A stretch of 64,000 nt of DNA from Octopus sinensis. Its lineage: Eukaryota. Positions 28,401 through 38,545 of the stretch are shown here, in pieces. The notes under the pieces were generated by a model. That model was not told where the DNA came from. It saw only the letters and a program-made list of their open reading frames with translations, and made no database searches. Location: the NCBI RefSeq assembly GCF_006345805.1, contig NC_043004.1, forward strand, positions 79,670,001 to 79,734,000, in the 5' to 3' direction. Position 1 is the stretch's first letter; every line of letters starts with the position of its first letter. The position numbers and the translations under genes are program-made.

Positions 28401-28634
28401 CCCTTCACAGGACAATGCCCTTCATAGGACAATGCATCTATTCACACAGTAAAAGCAACAAATGAAAAAATTCCTTTCAGTTTCTACTTAATATTCCTAA
28501 CCTTTGCCTCTTTTTTTGCATTTCAGAAATTATTAATGATGAACAAAATGACCGATTTGGCTGCAAATATATACGAGGCATTTACTCATGAACCAGAAAT
28601 TACACCTCCACCAAGACATTATTATTTCTTTTGA
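6867..28634 (+). CDS. PEX3: Peroxisomal biogenesis factor 3 (PEX3), 5'-partial spliced CDS: join(6867-6951,8958-9004,10578-10659,13010-13053,14250-14374,15823-15898,16855-16909,19444-19603,21737-21810,24049-24171,26855-26945,28527-28634)
   Basis: All introns are GT-AG and the phases join into one ORF. The translation contains PEX3 hallmarks [63 protein letters not shown] and DLAANIYEAF (human RRQYHFESNQRTCN, LRVQLNIIGGYIY, LPLAKIIPIVNGQ, DFAANVYEAF, recalled). Exon 1 with the ATG was not found. Confidence 0.95.
7312..7832 (+). mobile_element. CR1-type LINE 3' fragment
   Basis: Same sequence as the 27450-27985 copy; ends in CTGTATACAATAATTTCATTATTATT. Confidence 0.85.
8141..8176 (-). ncRNA. 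Minimal hammerhead-like motif with atypical core (CUGUAGA)
   Basis: CTTT-CTGTAGA-A-GAGC-GTTG-GCTC-GAAA-CGTA-AAAG. Confidence 0.5.
8958..9004 (+). CDS. PEX3: PEX3 exon ([16 protein letters not shown])
   Basis: tccacag| ... |gtaaat. Confidence 0.93.
10578..10659 (+). CDS. PEX3: PEX3 exon ([27 protein letters not shown])
   Basis: ccaacag| ... |gtatac. Confidence 0.93.
13010..13053 (+). CDS. PEX3: PEX3 exon ([15 protein letters not shown])
   Basis: tttttccag| ... |gtaagt; carries the conserved Trp of the PEX19-binding surface. Confidence 0.93.
14250..14374 (+). CDS. PEX3: PEX3 exon ([42 protein letters not shown])
   Basis: tttacag| ... |gtaagt. Confidence 0.95.
15128..15372 (+). mobile_element. 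RTE-like LINE 3' end fragment nested in a SINE
   Basis: RRVQFAGHCCRAEKE..LLLWKP..RGR..AMMDREVWRSMV followed by a (TGA)n-like tail. Confidence 0.65.
15823..15898 (+). CDS. PEX3: PEX3 exon (ESETDGPTLDIQERLLAVVEHLLGEG)
   Basis: ttctttaag| ... |gtaaga; AAG acceptor, so the exact start is less certain. Confidence 0.85.
16855..16909 (+). CDS. PEX3: PEX3 exon (GLRTLSEHVKSAVTKAIG)
   Basis: gtcatag| ... |gtaagt. Confidence 0.9.
18550..18752 (-). mobile_element. SINE family D (GGCGAGCTGGCAG head; GTCGACTTTGCCTTTCATCCTTTCGGGGTCG central domain resembling Deu/Nin-type)
   Basis: Many copies, e.g. about 9935-10140, 16510-16725, 32976-33186, 39720-39920, 43800-44012, 49910-50142, 52680-53590 (four in tandem) and 63631-63858. 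Confidence 0.85.
19256..19291 (+). ncRNA. Minimal hammerhead ribozyme-like motif
   Basis: GTTT-CTGACGA-A-GAGT-TCC-ACTT-GAAA-CGTT-AAAAC. Confidence 0.55.
19444..19603 (+). CDS. PEX3: PEX3 exon (ISLKEKLTSQRVQNIIHQVR...FILPPEDKPDV)
   Basis: ttctttag| ... |gtaagt; lies within ORF 19349..19738. Confidence 0.9.
20376..20588. mobile_element. Mariner-derived MITE
   Basis: Imperfect inverted ends GGATTGCTGAAAAGTTTTTGGGTTT / AAAGCCAGGAACTTTTCAGCTTATCC. Confidence 0.5.
21737..21810 (+). CDS. PEX3: PEX3 exon (VLSSRSSEDILFNKMLSEIRDIVES)
   Basis: ctttgcag| ... |gtaaca. Confidence 0.9.
22461..22844 (+). mobile_element. Full-length tRNA(Arg-like)-derived SINE, family C, with TSD
   Basis: A box TGGCCCAGTGG and B box GGTTTCGATTCC; 11-bp TSD ACTAAAGCAAT at 22450-22460 and 22845-22855; related copies at about 9066-9445(+), 6310-6608(-) and 34910-35190(-). 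Confidence 0.9.
24049..24171 (+). CDS. PEX3: PEX3 exon (DDFHTVLFFCFDLGFMHLNEKLSENF...RANL)
   Basis: tgttccag| ... |gtaagt. Confidence 0.9.
26439..26476 (+). ncRNA. Minimal hammerhead-like motif with atypical core (CUGUUGA)
   Basis: TCTTT-CTGTTGA-A-GAGC-GTAG-GCTC-GAAA-CGTT-AAAGA; stems I and II are perfect. Confidence 0.5.
26855..26945 (+). CDS. PEX3: PEX3 exon ([30 protein letters not shown])
   Basis: catttcag| ... |gtagcg. Confidence 0.93.
27450..27985 (-). mobile_element. CR1-type LINE 3' fragment (ORF2 C-terminus)
   Basis: ORF 27579..27974 reads LEAVQRRATKRIP..LPYPERL..TRGHIYK..FFTLRVAEAWNKLP, a typical CR1 ORF2 tail, followed by an (ATT)n 3' end. Confidence 0.9.
28527..28634 (+). CDS. 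PEX3: PEX3 last coding exon (KLLMMNKMTDLAANIYEAFTHEPEITPPPRHYYFF*)
   Basis: catttcag| acceptor; TGA at 28632-28634. Confidence 0.92.
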   Translation, partial: KLLMMNKMTDLAANIYEAFTHEPEITPPPRHYYFF

Positions 28635-29509
28635 TTGAAAAAGAAAAAAAAAAAAGTATCTTTTTCTGAAATTCCATCCAGAGTTCGGTGAAGCTGAAAG
28701 TATTTTCTCAATACTCATTTTTCTCCAAATCATTCCCTGAAAACATTCCACTTTCAGACACTTGAAAGGAAATCTGAAACCATTTATCACTGAGTGACTG
28801 AATCAACATTGGATTATTTTTAAACAAGGGATCTAGAAATCTGTTCCTTGTTGTTTGGTTCTCTCTGGTAACAGATTCATCTTAATTCTACTAGAGACTG
28901 GCATTAAGATGTATATGTCTTAACATATATATATATATTTTCACATACGCAGTGGAACCTTGTTTTATGAATTTAATTCATTCCTGAGTGCCATATGTCA
29001 CCCAAAATGTTTTCAAAGCAAAACTATTTTTTCCTTAGAAAATTCAAGACAAGGCATGCAAATTTGAGCAGGGGTGTTCCCTGAGTGTGAACCAAACAGT
29101 AAATGACACTCCCCTACTGATTCTCCCAGCTTTTCATCAACCTATGTTGCTATTTTGCATGGTCATTATTTGAGACGCCATTTGCCAACCGAGACATTTT
29201 GTGTTTGAAAATAGTTGGTAAGCCAATTTGTTAATGATGACAGGTGCTTGTAAACTGAAGTTTTGCTATATACATATATATGTAAATATACACTCACACA
29301 TGTGTACACATAGTTTAAAGATCTAATAGAGATAGAATCAACAACAAAAGTTCTCCAAGTGAGAGATAAATATCAGTTTAAATACACAACCAAAAGAGCT
29401 ACCAGTAGTTTCATGTCATGTATTTTTAAAATAGGTCTGTTTAAAGTATTGTAAAAGTGTGAAACTATTGTTTGCTCTTTCAGGTGTGTATTAAATTGAC
29501 ATATATATT

Positions 29510-29512
<3 letters not shown>

Positions 29513-29560
<48 letters not shown>
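29513..29560. repeat. (AC)n microsatellite
   Basis: About 24 perfect AC units; many other (TA)n, (CA)n, (AAT)n and (GAT)n tracts occur in the window. Confidence 0.95.
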
Positions 29561-29563
<3 letters not shown>

Positions 29564-29569
29564 TACATA

Positions 29570-29777
29570 CAAGGTGGCCCAAAAGTAAGTTTACAGTCAT
29601 CACATAGGCACTTGAAATTTCTTTTAAAACATTTTATTACATTTTAAATTTCTATATTACAATTAACTAAATTAGTATAGAATAATGGTTTCATATTTTT
29701 TTTTATAATTAAGATGTTAATATATGAATGAAAAAGAAATAGTTGAATAACTGTAAACCTGCTTTTGGGCCACCCTG
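29570..29777. mobile_element. Tc1/mariner-type MITE in the putative PEX3 3'UTR
   Basis: TA-flanked TIRs CAAGGTGGCCCAAAAGTAAGTTTACAGT / ACTGTAAACCTGCTTTTGGGCCACCCTG; a partial second copy lies at about 54041-54190. Confidence 0.8.
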
Positions 29778-30640
29778 TATATATGTATATATATATATAT
29801 AAATATAAATTAGAAAAAACACCTTTTTATCAATTCAAAATGAACAATTAAATTACACCATCTAGAAAATTACATATAATAGAAATATCAAAATTAAAAT
29901 AATAATAATAATAAAAACATATATACGTTTTTATTATTTTACGTTTTTATTATTATTTTGCAATTTACTTAATCATCGGTATATTATTGTTATTTTAATT
30001 TTAATATTTCTATTATATGTAATTTTCTAGATGGTGTAATTTAAATGTTCATTTTGAATTGATAAAAAGGTGTTTTTTCTAATTTTTATATATATATATA
30101 TTATATTTTGTGAAATTTGATTTAGTATTTCTAACTTGAATTTTTCCCTGTAAGTTAGGAATAATATTCCCTCAAATAATAATAATAATTATTATATATA
30201 TATATATATGTATATATATAACCTTATAGATATCACATCTTATAGTATTGATGTACATTGAAGTTGAAGGACAAAATGGTTATTTTTTTATATATAGAAT
30301 TCAATTTTGTTTGTTTCATTGATATTGGTCATTTAATTTGGTTTTGTTGAGTCAGTTCATTAGTGACATACCAATCACTTTCAGTTACAGTTTTTTTTAT
30401 TTGTTTTACAGTTTTATTTACAATAGAATTTGTTTTTATTTATCTTGCTGCAACCTCATTTCTCTAAGATGGATTTGACAAATCACTTCAAAGAAGATTA
30501 AGGTTTAAGTTGGGGGATATAAAACTGTCTTAAGTGTTTTGTAGCAGCTATAGCTGAAAACCAAGATTATCATAAACTGTTTGGATTTCAAACATTTATA
30601 AGAATTTGAATTGTTTGTAATCAAATTCAAAAATCAAGTT

Positions 30641-30646
30641 AATAAA
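30641..30646 (+). promoter_or_regulatory. Candidate PEX3 polyadenylation signal (AATAAA)
   Basis: AATAAA followed by T/GT-rich sequence, near the end of a SINE-free stretch downstream of the stop codon; other sites are possible. Confidence 0.35.
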
Positions 30647-31169
30647 AAAAAAACAATCATTTCAATTTATTTCATTTAAAATTCTGCTTTCACTAAATGT
30701 GATTTTCTCTCTGTTTTTTTTACAAAAGCAAAACTGATTCTAAATGTGCCAAGGTGTTTGCTAATAGAAGATATAGTGGTTCTGTGGTTAAGAAGCTTGC
30801 TTCTTAACCATGTGGTCTCAGATTCAGTCCCACTACTATGGCCCTGGGTCAGCCAAAGTCTTGTGAGTCAATTTGGTTGATGGAAACTGAAAGACACCTG
30901 CTGCACGTGTGTGTGTGTGCATGTGTGTATACCTGTTTTGATATTACATAATGATTGTAAGCAAGCTTTATTATCATACATGTGATGCTGTTCATTTCCA
31001 GTCTTTTGTGGAAAACATTTTTAGCCATGGAGAAATATTTCCTTGCTTGGAAACAGGTGAGAATTGGTAACAGGAAAGACGTCTGACTGTAGAAAATTTT
31101 GATTCCTCAACAAATTCTATTTGACTTATGCGAACATTGAAAAGAGATGGAAATGAGTACCAACACTTC

Positions 31170-33510
31170 CATGTGGTATGCTTCAACAATTGTGAAGATC
31201 TTATCGCATGAAACCATTGGTTGCCTTGTTAATCAACAAATATATACATTGCAGATACAAATGCAAAGCCTTTCTCAGGTAAAGAATGTACAACCCAACG
31301 GAGGTCACTAGTTACTGACTTCAGAATTAAAACAAGAAAGATTCAGCGAAATAAACCCTTCTGGAAAAGATTATGGAAGCTCAAAGACCCAGCAAACTGA
31401 CAGAAATATAGAGATGTTCTAATGGAAGTTTCTGACGAGAAAGAGAGCGGAGGAGTTGGGACATGTAACTGAGAGGATAACTGAAAGTTCCTGTGAGACA
31501 ATCTATTGAGGGCTACAGACCAAATCTGTGGCTGGTGTAAAGTGACAGCTAGGCTGAGGGTGACACAGTGGTGGAACAAGGAAGTGGACAGCATCATAAA
31601 GGCAAAGAGACTGGCCTGGAAAGACGAGAAATGGCAGTGGGTGCAGAGAATTCTATCAAGTAGCCAGAAGGGAAGCTAAGCAACTGATTTTCATAGCAAA
31701 AAGAATGGCAGAAGGTAAGAGATTTGCTAATGTTATACATTATGAGGATCAGAGGTGTAAGATGTTCAGGATCGCAAAGTAGTATATCAGAGAGAATAGA
31801 AGTCACCTTACTGGCACTTGTGCCCGTGCTAGTAGGGTGCCAAGAGCACTATCCGAACGTGATCGTTGCCAAAGCAGCCAACTGGCTTCTGTACCCGTGG
31901 CACGTAAAGGGGCACCATTTGAGCGTGATCGTTACCAACGTCACCTCACTGGCACCTGTGCCGGTGGCATGTGTAAAAAGATTCAAGTGAGGTCATTGCC
32001 AGTACCGCCTGACTGGACCCGTGCTGGTGGCATGTAAAAAGCACCCACTACACTCTTGGAGTGGTTGGTATTAGGAAGAGCATCCAGCTGTAGAAACTCT
32101 GCCAGATCAAGATTGGGGCCTGGTGCAGCCATCTGGTTCGCCAGCCCTCAGTCAAAATCGTCCAACCCATGCTAGCATGGGAAGCGGACGTTAAACGATG
32201 ATGGGTGAGAAATGGGTGTGAATGGATAATGTTATGCTTGCACTTAGTGATTCAGAGAAGTAAGATTACTAAATGTGGGAAATGCAGGGCAGAAGAGATC
32301 TTCAAATACTGAACCAACAGAGGGACCAGCCATCAGAGTTGACAGCAGTATAATGGATAAAGCAATTAAGGATATGAAGACAGGGAAAGCCCCTGGACCA
32401 TCAAGAATCACTGCCGAGGTGATTAAAATACCTGGTGGTGTAGGACACAGCATAGTCACTCATATAGGTAATCAGGTTATTTAGTAAGGCAGCATACCCA
32501 ATGACTGTTGTAGTAGTATTATAGTTGGTTTTAGATGGGTAAAGGGGATGCTTTAGATAGAAACAACTACCAAGGTATGAAACTGCTGGACCAGGTCATG
32601 AAAGTTGAAGAGAGAGTTAGAGGTCAATTGATTAGGAATAGAATTAAACTAGATGAGATGCAGTTTGGTTTTGCACCAGGGAAGAGTACCACAGTTGCCA
32701 TCTTCCTAGTGAGACAGCTGCAGGAAAGTATTTGGCCAAAAGTAAGTCATTGTACTTGGCTTTTGTCAACCTGGAGAAAGCTTTTGACAGAATGCCTTGC
32801 TCTGATATCTGGTGGTCTCTAAAGAAGTTAGGAGTAGATGAGTGACTTGTTAGAGTTGTACAAACCATGTACAGTGGTGCTGTCAGTAGGGCGACAGCAC
32901 CCACAAATACAGTGGTGAATTTAGCATACAAATAGGGGTGCACCAGGGCTCAGTTTTTAGTCCACTCTTATTCCTATTTCTTTACTACCCACAAGGGGCT
33001 AAACACAGAGAGGACAGAGAAACGGATTATATTGACCCCAGTGCGTAACTGGTACTTAATTTATCAACCCCGAAAGGATGAAAGGCAAAGTCGACCTGGC
33101 GGAATTTGAACTCAGAACGTAATGGCAGACAAAATACGGCTATGCATTTTGCCCGGCGTGCTAACGAGTCTGCCAGCTCGCCGCCTTATTCCTCATAGTC
33201 CTTCAGGCTGCCTATGCGAATTACTATATGCTGATGACCTCACTCTTGTTGCAGAATTGGAGAAGAAATTCCAGGTATGAAAGCAAAACCTGGTATTAAA
33301 GGGCCTTAACCTAGTGAAGACCAAAGTTGTTTGCAAGAAAGCAGATAAGACTCTAATTCCATTAGGCAAATGCCCCTGTTCAATATGTAGGAAAAGGGTT
33401 GCAAGCAATTTCATTTGCTGCACCCAGTGTAAGCTATGGACACATAAGAGGTGCAGTGGAATAACCGGTAGATTAACAAAAAGTCGTCTTTGTGTGTGGC
33501 AGATGAAAGA
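31170..33510 (+). mobile_element. Decayed RTE-clade LINE (reverse transcriptase pseudogene) interrupted by two SINEs
   Basis: GKAPGPSRIT, GKGDALDRNNYQGMKLL, DEMQFGFAPGKST, LAFVNLEKAFD, GVHQGSVFSPLLF, LLYADDL, then a Cys/His finger; multiple stops and frameshifts. Confidence 0.9.
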
Positions 33511-35639
33511 GAGAGAATTAACATTTAAGATACCAGAGTATCATTATCTAGAATATTGGTGTGAACATTTAGAAAGTTTCCTTGCTCCAATTACTCCTGG
33601 AAGACAATGGCAGAGATATTAGCACTGTCAGATCTTTGGCTGATTCTTTAGGAGAAAAAATTTATGTGTAACCACAAAGTGTCATGATTTAGCATCCATT
33701 GTCCATGTTGCCATGGTTTGGATGGTTTGACCAGGGCTTGAAGGCTGCACCAGACTCCAGTCTGATTTGGCATGATTTCTATGGCTGGGTGATCTTCCTA
33801 ATGCCAACCACTTTGAAAATGTAATGTGTACTTTTACATGACATTTGCATGGCACCAATATCTGCGACGACTGGTTTTACTTGGTTTGATGGGTCTTCTT
33901 CTCAAGCACAACATAAGGCCAAAGGTTTTGGTCATTGCCTCCGTGAGACCCAACACTTGAAAGGAGCTTTTCATGTGCTGCTCTGTTTGGGTTTCCTGTT
34001 GATACAGCCACTGCGTTTCATGTTGGATTTGATATAGTTTAAAGGGTTTAGTCATGACATTGTTTATATCAATTTTATAGTGGTGGATGTGCGTACAGCC
34101 ATTCTGTACTACATCAGGTTGAGATGGAATATGTTAAATGGTGAAACTTGAAGAAGCCTGGCTCTACGTGCAGCTACATTGATGAAGTGATTCAAGTGAA
34201 GCAACAGAGAACATTGTGGAAGTTGAAGTGAAGGTAATGCAGAGACATTTTATATCTAATTTGAGAGAGAGAGAGATAAAGTAATTCCTTGCTATATTGC
34301 GGTTTATTATTTAAGTTTACATCGATTCCTCCATGGTGTTGTTTTGCATTTATAATAAAATAAGTATATATAAATTATAAAAAAAAATATACAGTATGGT
34401 ACTGTTTCCACTTTGCGGGCTTTCACCTATTGCCCAAAATTTTAGGAGAGGGGGCTAGTCTATTACATCCCACTCCCATTCATCTGGTACTTATTTTATC
34501 AACTCTGAAAGGATGAAAGCCAAAGTTGATCTTGGTGTAATTTGAACTTAGAATGTGAAAGCGGACAAAATACCATTAAGCATCTTGTCTACTATGCTAA
34601 TTATTCTGCCAGCTCACTGCCATAATAATAATGATAATAATAATAATAATTCTTTATTGGTCAGTGAGCTTAATGCTGTTACTAAAAGTGTAATGATAAC
34701 CTGTAATAACAGTGAGGTTTATAAGAATTATGATCAAGGGCATTAAAGGAGGGTAACACAATCATTAATGTAATCCCTATCCAAGAATTGAAACCTACCT
34801 TTTCTGCTCATTTTTTATTATATACACAGACACCTAGCTTACAATCATTGATATATACACTCTGGGTTAAAAAACAAAATTTCTGTAGAGATTTCTATAG
34901 TTCAATCGTGGCATTCTGTCAGTTACGATGACGAGGGTTCCAGTTGAGCACTCCACAGATACATGTACCCTTAAAGTAGTTCTTGGGGAGATTCGGTGTG
35001 ACAAGGCTGGTCCTTTGAAATACAGGTACAACAGGAACAAAGAGTGAGAGAAAGTTGTGGTGAAAGGGTACAGCAGGGTTCACCACCACCTCCTGCCAGA
35101 GCCTCATGGAGCTTTAGGTGTTTTCGCTCAACAAACACAACGCCCAGTCTGGGAATCGAAACCACAATCCTATGACCATGAGCTCACTGCCATAAATATT
35201 ACTATACTTCAATACAATATGGATTTATATTGTTTACAGAGATCATCCAAGCACCATCCGAGCGTGATCGTTGCCAGAGTGGCTATCTGGCCTCTGTGCC
35301 AGTGGCACGTAAAAGCACCCACTACACTCTCGGGGTGGTTGGCATTAGGAAGGGCATCCAGCTGTAGAAACTCTGCCAGATCAAGATTGAAGCCTGGTGT
35401 AGCCATCTGGTTCGCCAGCCCTCAGTCATTCGTCCAACCCATGCTAGCATGGAAAGCGGATGTTAAACAATGATGATGATGAGATCCATAGATCCATACT
35501 TACAAATATGTTGATAATGAATTTTATGGCTGTTTTCCCATGCATCATCCTATGATGTCCCTAAACACATCATCAGTGATATTTCCTGGGGTTATTGTGT
35601 TTTGGGTCTTTCAACAATGACACTCTCTCAACCAGGTGA

Positions 35640-35960
35640 CCCAGCTTTGGTAGATCAAGTCTTAGATTATGTCCATTTCGCATTACCCCTCCTAATCCAG
35701 GGCCTACATCTGAGCCAATGCCACTTCAAAGCAACCTCTGTTACCGCCATAGACCACCTGATGACCTACTGGGCCCCTCTGATGCCCAATATGGTGTAGG
35801 TTGTGCAGAAGGACCGACATGTAAAGCTTTTGCAATCACCTCAACAGGATCACACTTTGCCATTCATTTTATGCTACCTCAGCACAGTCCTCCCATGGAA
35901 TGGAGAATTTTAACAGAACCACCAGCTTTGATGCTTTCCAGAGGTCAGCACCATGTCCCG
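35640..35960 (-). mobile_element. Relic resembling the restriction-like endonuclease C-terminus of HERO/R2-group non-LTR elements
   Basis: With one frameshift it reads KCDPVEV/DCKSFTCRSFCTTYTILGIRGAQ*VIRWSMAVTEVALKWHWLRCRPW, similar to the recalled PIEVGCRGF...LGI.G...WLW motif. Confidence 0.45.
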
Positions 35961-37166
35961 CCTTAGTGTTGTTGCAGTGACAGTTTCTGGGAACCAGTCT
36001 TTTATTACTCATTTCAGTCATTTTACTGTGGCCATGCTGGAGCACTGCCTTTAGTTGAACAAATTGACCTCAGGACTTATTCTTTGTAAATCTAGTACTT
36101 ATTCTATCAATCGTTTTTGCCAAACCGCTAAGTTACAGGGATGTAAACACACCAACATCAGTTTTCAAGCGATGGTGGAGGTACAAACACACACACAAAT
36201 ACATATATATGTATATGACAGGCTTCTTTCAGTTTCCATCTACCAAATCCATTCACAAGGCTTTGGTCAGCCTGAGCTATGGTAGAAGACACTTGCCCAA
36301 GGTGCCATGCCGTGGGACAGAACACAGAATCATGTGGTTGGTAAAGCAAGCTTCTTACCACACAGCCATGCCTGTGCCATGTACAACTAGCTGAACAAAT
36401 ATTTTTATAGTTCTATATTTAAGAGATGAAGAATTATGTACATTATTTACATATGATGGATATTTGTCCTCATCTTGTTTGTTGTTAACACAGCCAAAAC
36501 AGATATCCGTCAAATGTAAATATTTTTATAACACACTTTGTAATTTGACCCAAGGGAGTCGAAAGTATGCTATTGTAGAAACACTTTGACTACCCCTTAT
36601 TTGTAGGTCCACTTGAACAAGCCTGATCTGAGGTAAGTTAACAGCAGAAATTGGTTATATGATCATTGTCACCCCACCATCCCTATACATCCCATCACAC
36701 CCCATCCCTTAGACCTCACCCCTGCTTCCCCCACTCTCACCTCCCCAGCACCACCACAACACCACACATTAGCACTGACCACTTCCCAGCACCTACACAT
36801 GTTAAGGTCATCAGCCCCCTTCCACATACACATGTACACGCACCTTCATTTTGGGATCACTGCTACTTTATTATCTCCCCTTCTTCCTAGCTCTCCTCTG
36901 TGACCCCTCTGTCCAGCATTCACCATGATAGATTGCTAGTCACTAAAGCTTTTCTATTTTCTCTCCTTGTTTATTTCTGTGTTCCTTTCTGTCAAAGAGC
37001 GTAGGCTCGAAGCATAAGACTTTCTCACTTCCTGAGCATCAAACTAATACATCTGTTTGTTGTTTACACACCCGTCTTCATCGTTCTTTTTTTTTTCTGT
37101 AAATTCTCATTATATGATGTAAAACAAAAAAATAATGAAACACTGAATTTTGTTTGAACATTTATA

Positions 37167-37172
37167 TTTATT
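37167..37172 (-). promoter_or_regulatory. Candidate MYO7A polyadenylation signal (AATAAA), implying a 3'UTR of about 1.3 kb
   Basis: AATAAA on minus with downstream GT/T-rich sequence, at the end of a repeat-free stretch (about 37120-38458). Confidence 0.5.
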
Positions 37173-38458
37173 GAAGCACATTTTATAAATGTTAATTGTA
37201 GGAATATTTTTGAATGGAATAGCACAGCAACTATCTGGGACTAAATATACAGACCGTGATATACAAAGAGATAATGTACTTAGTTAACTACCAGCAGCAC
37301 CTTTCTGCTGTGTTAACATGGAATAGTTAGGAAGAAAGCTGGCAGAAGGAAAATTATGGAAGCAGTAAAATCTGACTCAGCTTTCTTAAACCCTTGGGAA
37401 ATTTGTTCATAAACAGGAGATATATATGTGTATAACACAGCAGAAAATCTCATTAGGTGTGATTCCATTTATAATTGCCCCAAGCTTTAAACAAATTACT
37501 CCTCAATATATATGTATTCATTTTAATTAAGACTTAATGCTGTCATTGGTTAATTAATATTTTTCATATTATCTGGGGGAGGAAAGAAATAGCAAATTAA
37601 AACTTACCTGAAAGCCTATTACTTAAAGCTTTTTTGTTTAAGTTTTACAAAATATATTAGTTTCGTTCGCTAAATTTATTTCAGTTAGTTAAATGTTTGT
37701 ATTTTCTATTGCTTCTAGAACTGAAGTTTAAGATATTGCAATGTTGAGATAAAAGTGCCTATTTGTCATCATACCTGCCGTTTTAAGACTATTTTGTTTA
37801 AATCAAAATATTCTGGTCGATGCAAGTTGTTAGTAAAAGACTTAATAACGAGTAGTCAAATATCAACTACTGACTTTTAATAATTATTCTGCCTAATCAC
37901 ATTGTCTGCTTCGATGTTAATGAAAAAAAATTTTTGTAATTAAGCCTGTAATATTTAAATTTATTAACGATTGAAACATAACTAACTTGAGGTGTTGGGA
38001 TTTTGAAAATGTTAAAAACGAAACCATTTTTTTTTTCCTTTTTTTAATTCCTATTTTAGTGCCTGTTTAGACATGGCAGAGACTTGTAAAAAAATGCTGA
38101 TATCAAATTGAATTTTATTTAAAAATAATTCTTCAATTCCAAATTATTGATGAGAAATATTAAAAAGAAGAAAATTATGAAGAAAATAAAAAAAGGTTGA
38201 TATAAAAATAGGAAAACATTTAATGTAATCAGATTCCTCTTGTTGATTTGCTAAAATATTTTTGTCCTCTTCTTTCTTCTTCTTCCCTGTATTGCGTGAC
38301 TGGCAGAGGGCAGTCAGTGAACGTGTTAGGTGGGAACATGTATATCTGTGCTGTAGTGAACTGATTAAGTTGTAAGCTGGAAACAGTTCACTACAGAGAT
38401 ATTTAGGTTTCAATTTATAAGGCCATTGGGGGGGATAAAAAAAACCATTTTGCACCAA

Positions 38459-38545
38459 TTATGAAGATGGTTTTGACTTAAGTCTGTTCATTGTCGTCAA
38501 CATCAAACTGATGTATGAAGTAAGCAGATCATCCATCTTATAGCC
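38459..38545 (-). CDS. MYO7A: MYO7A last coding exon ([28 protein letters not shown])
   Basis: atttcag| acceptor; TAA at 38461-38459. Confidence 0.95.
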   Translation of the reverse strand, partial: GYKMDDLLTSYISLMLTTMNRLKSKPSS

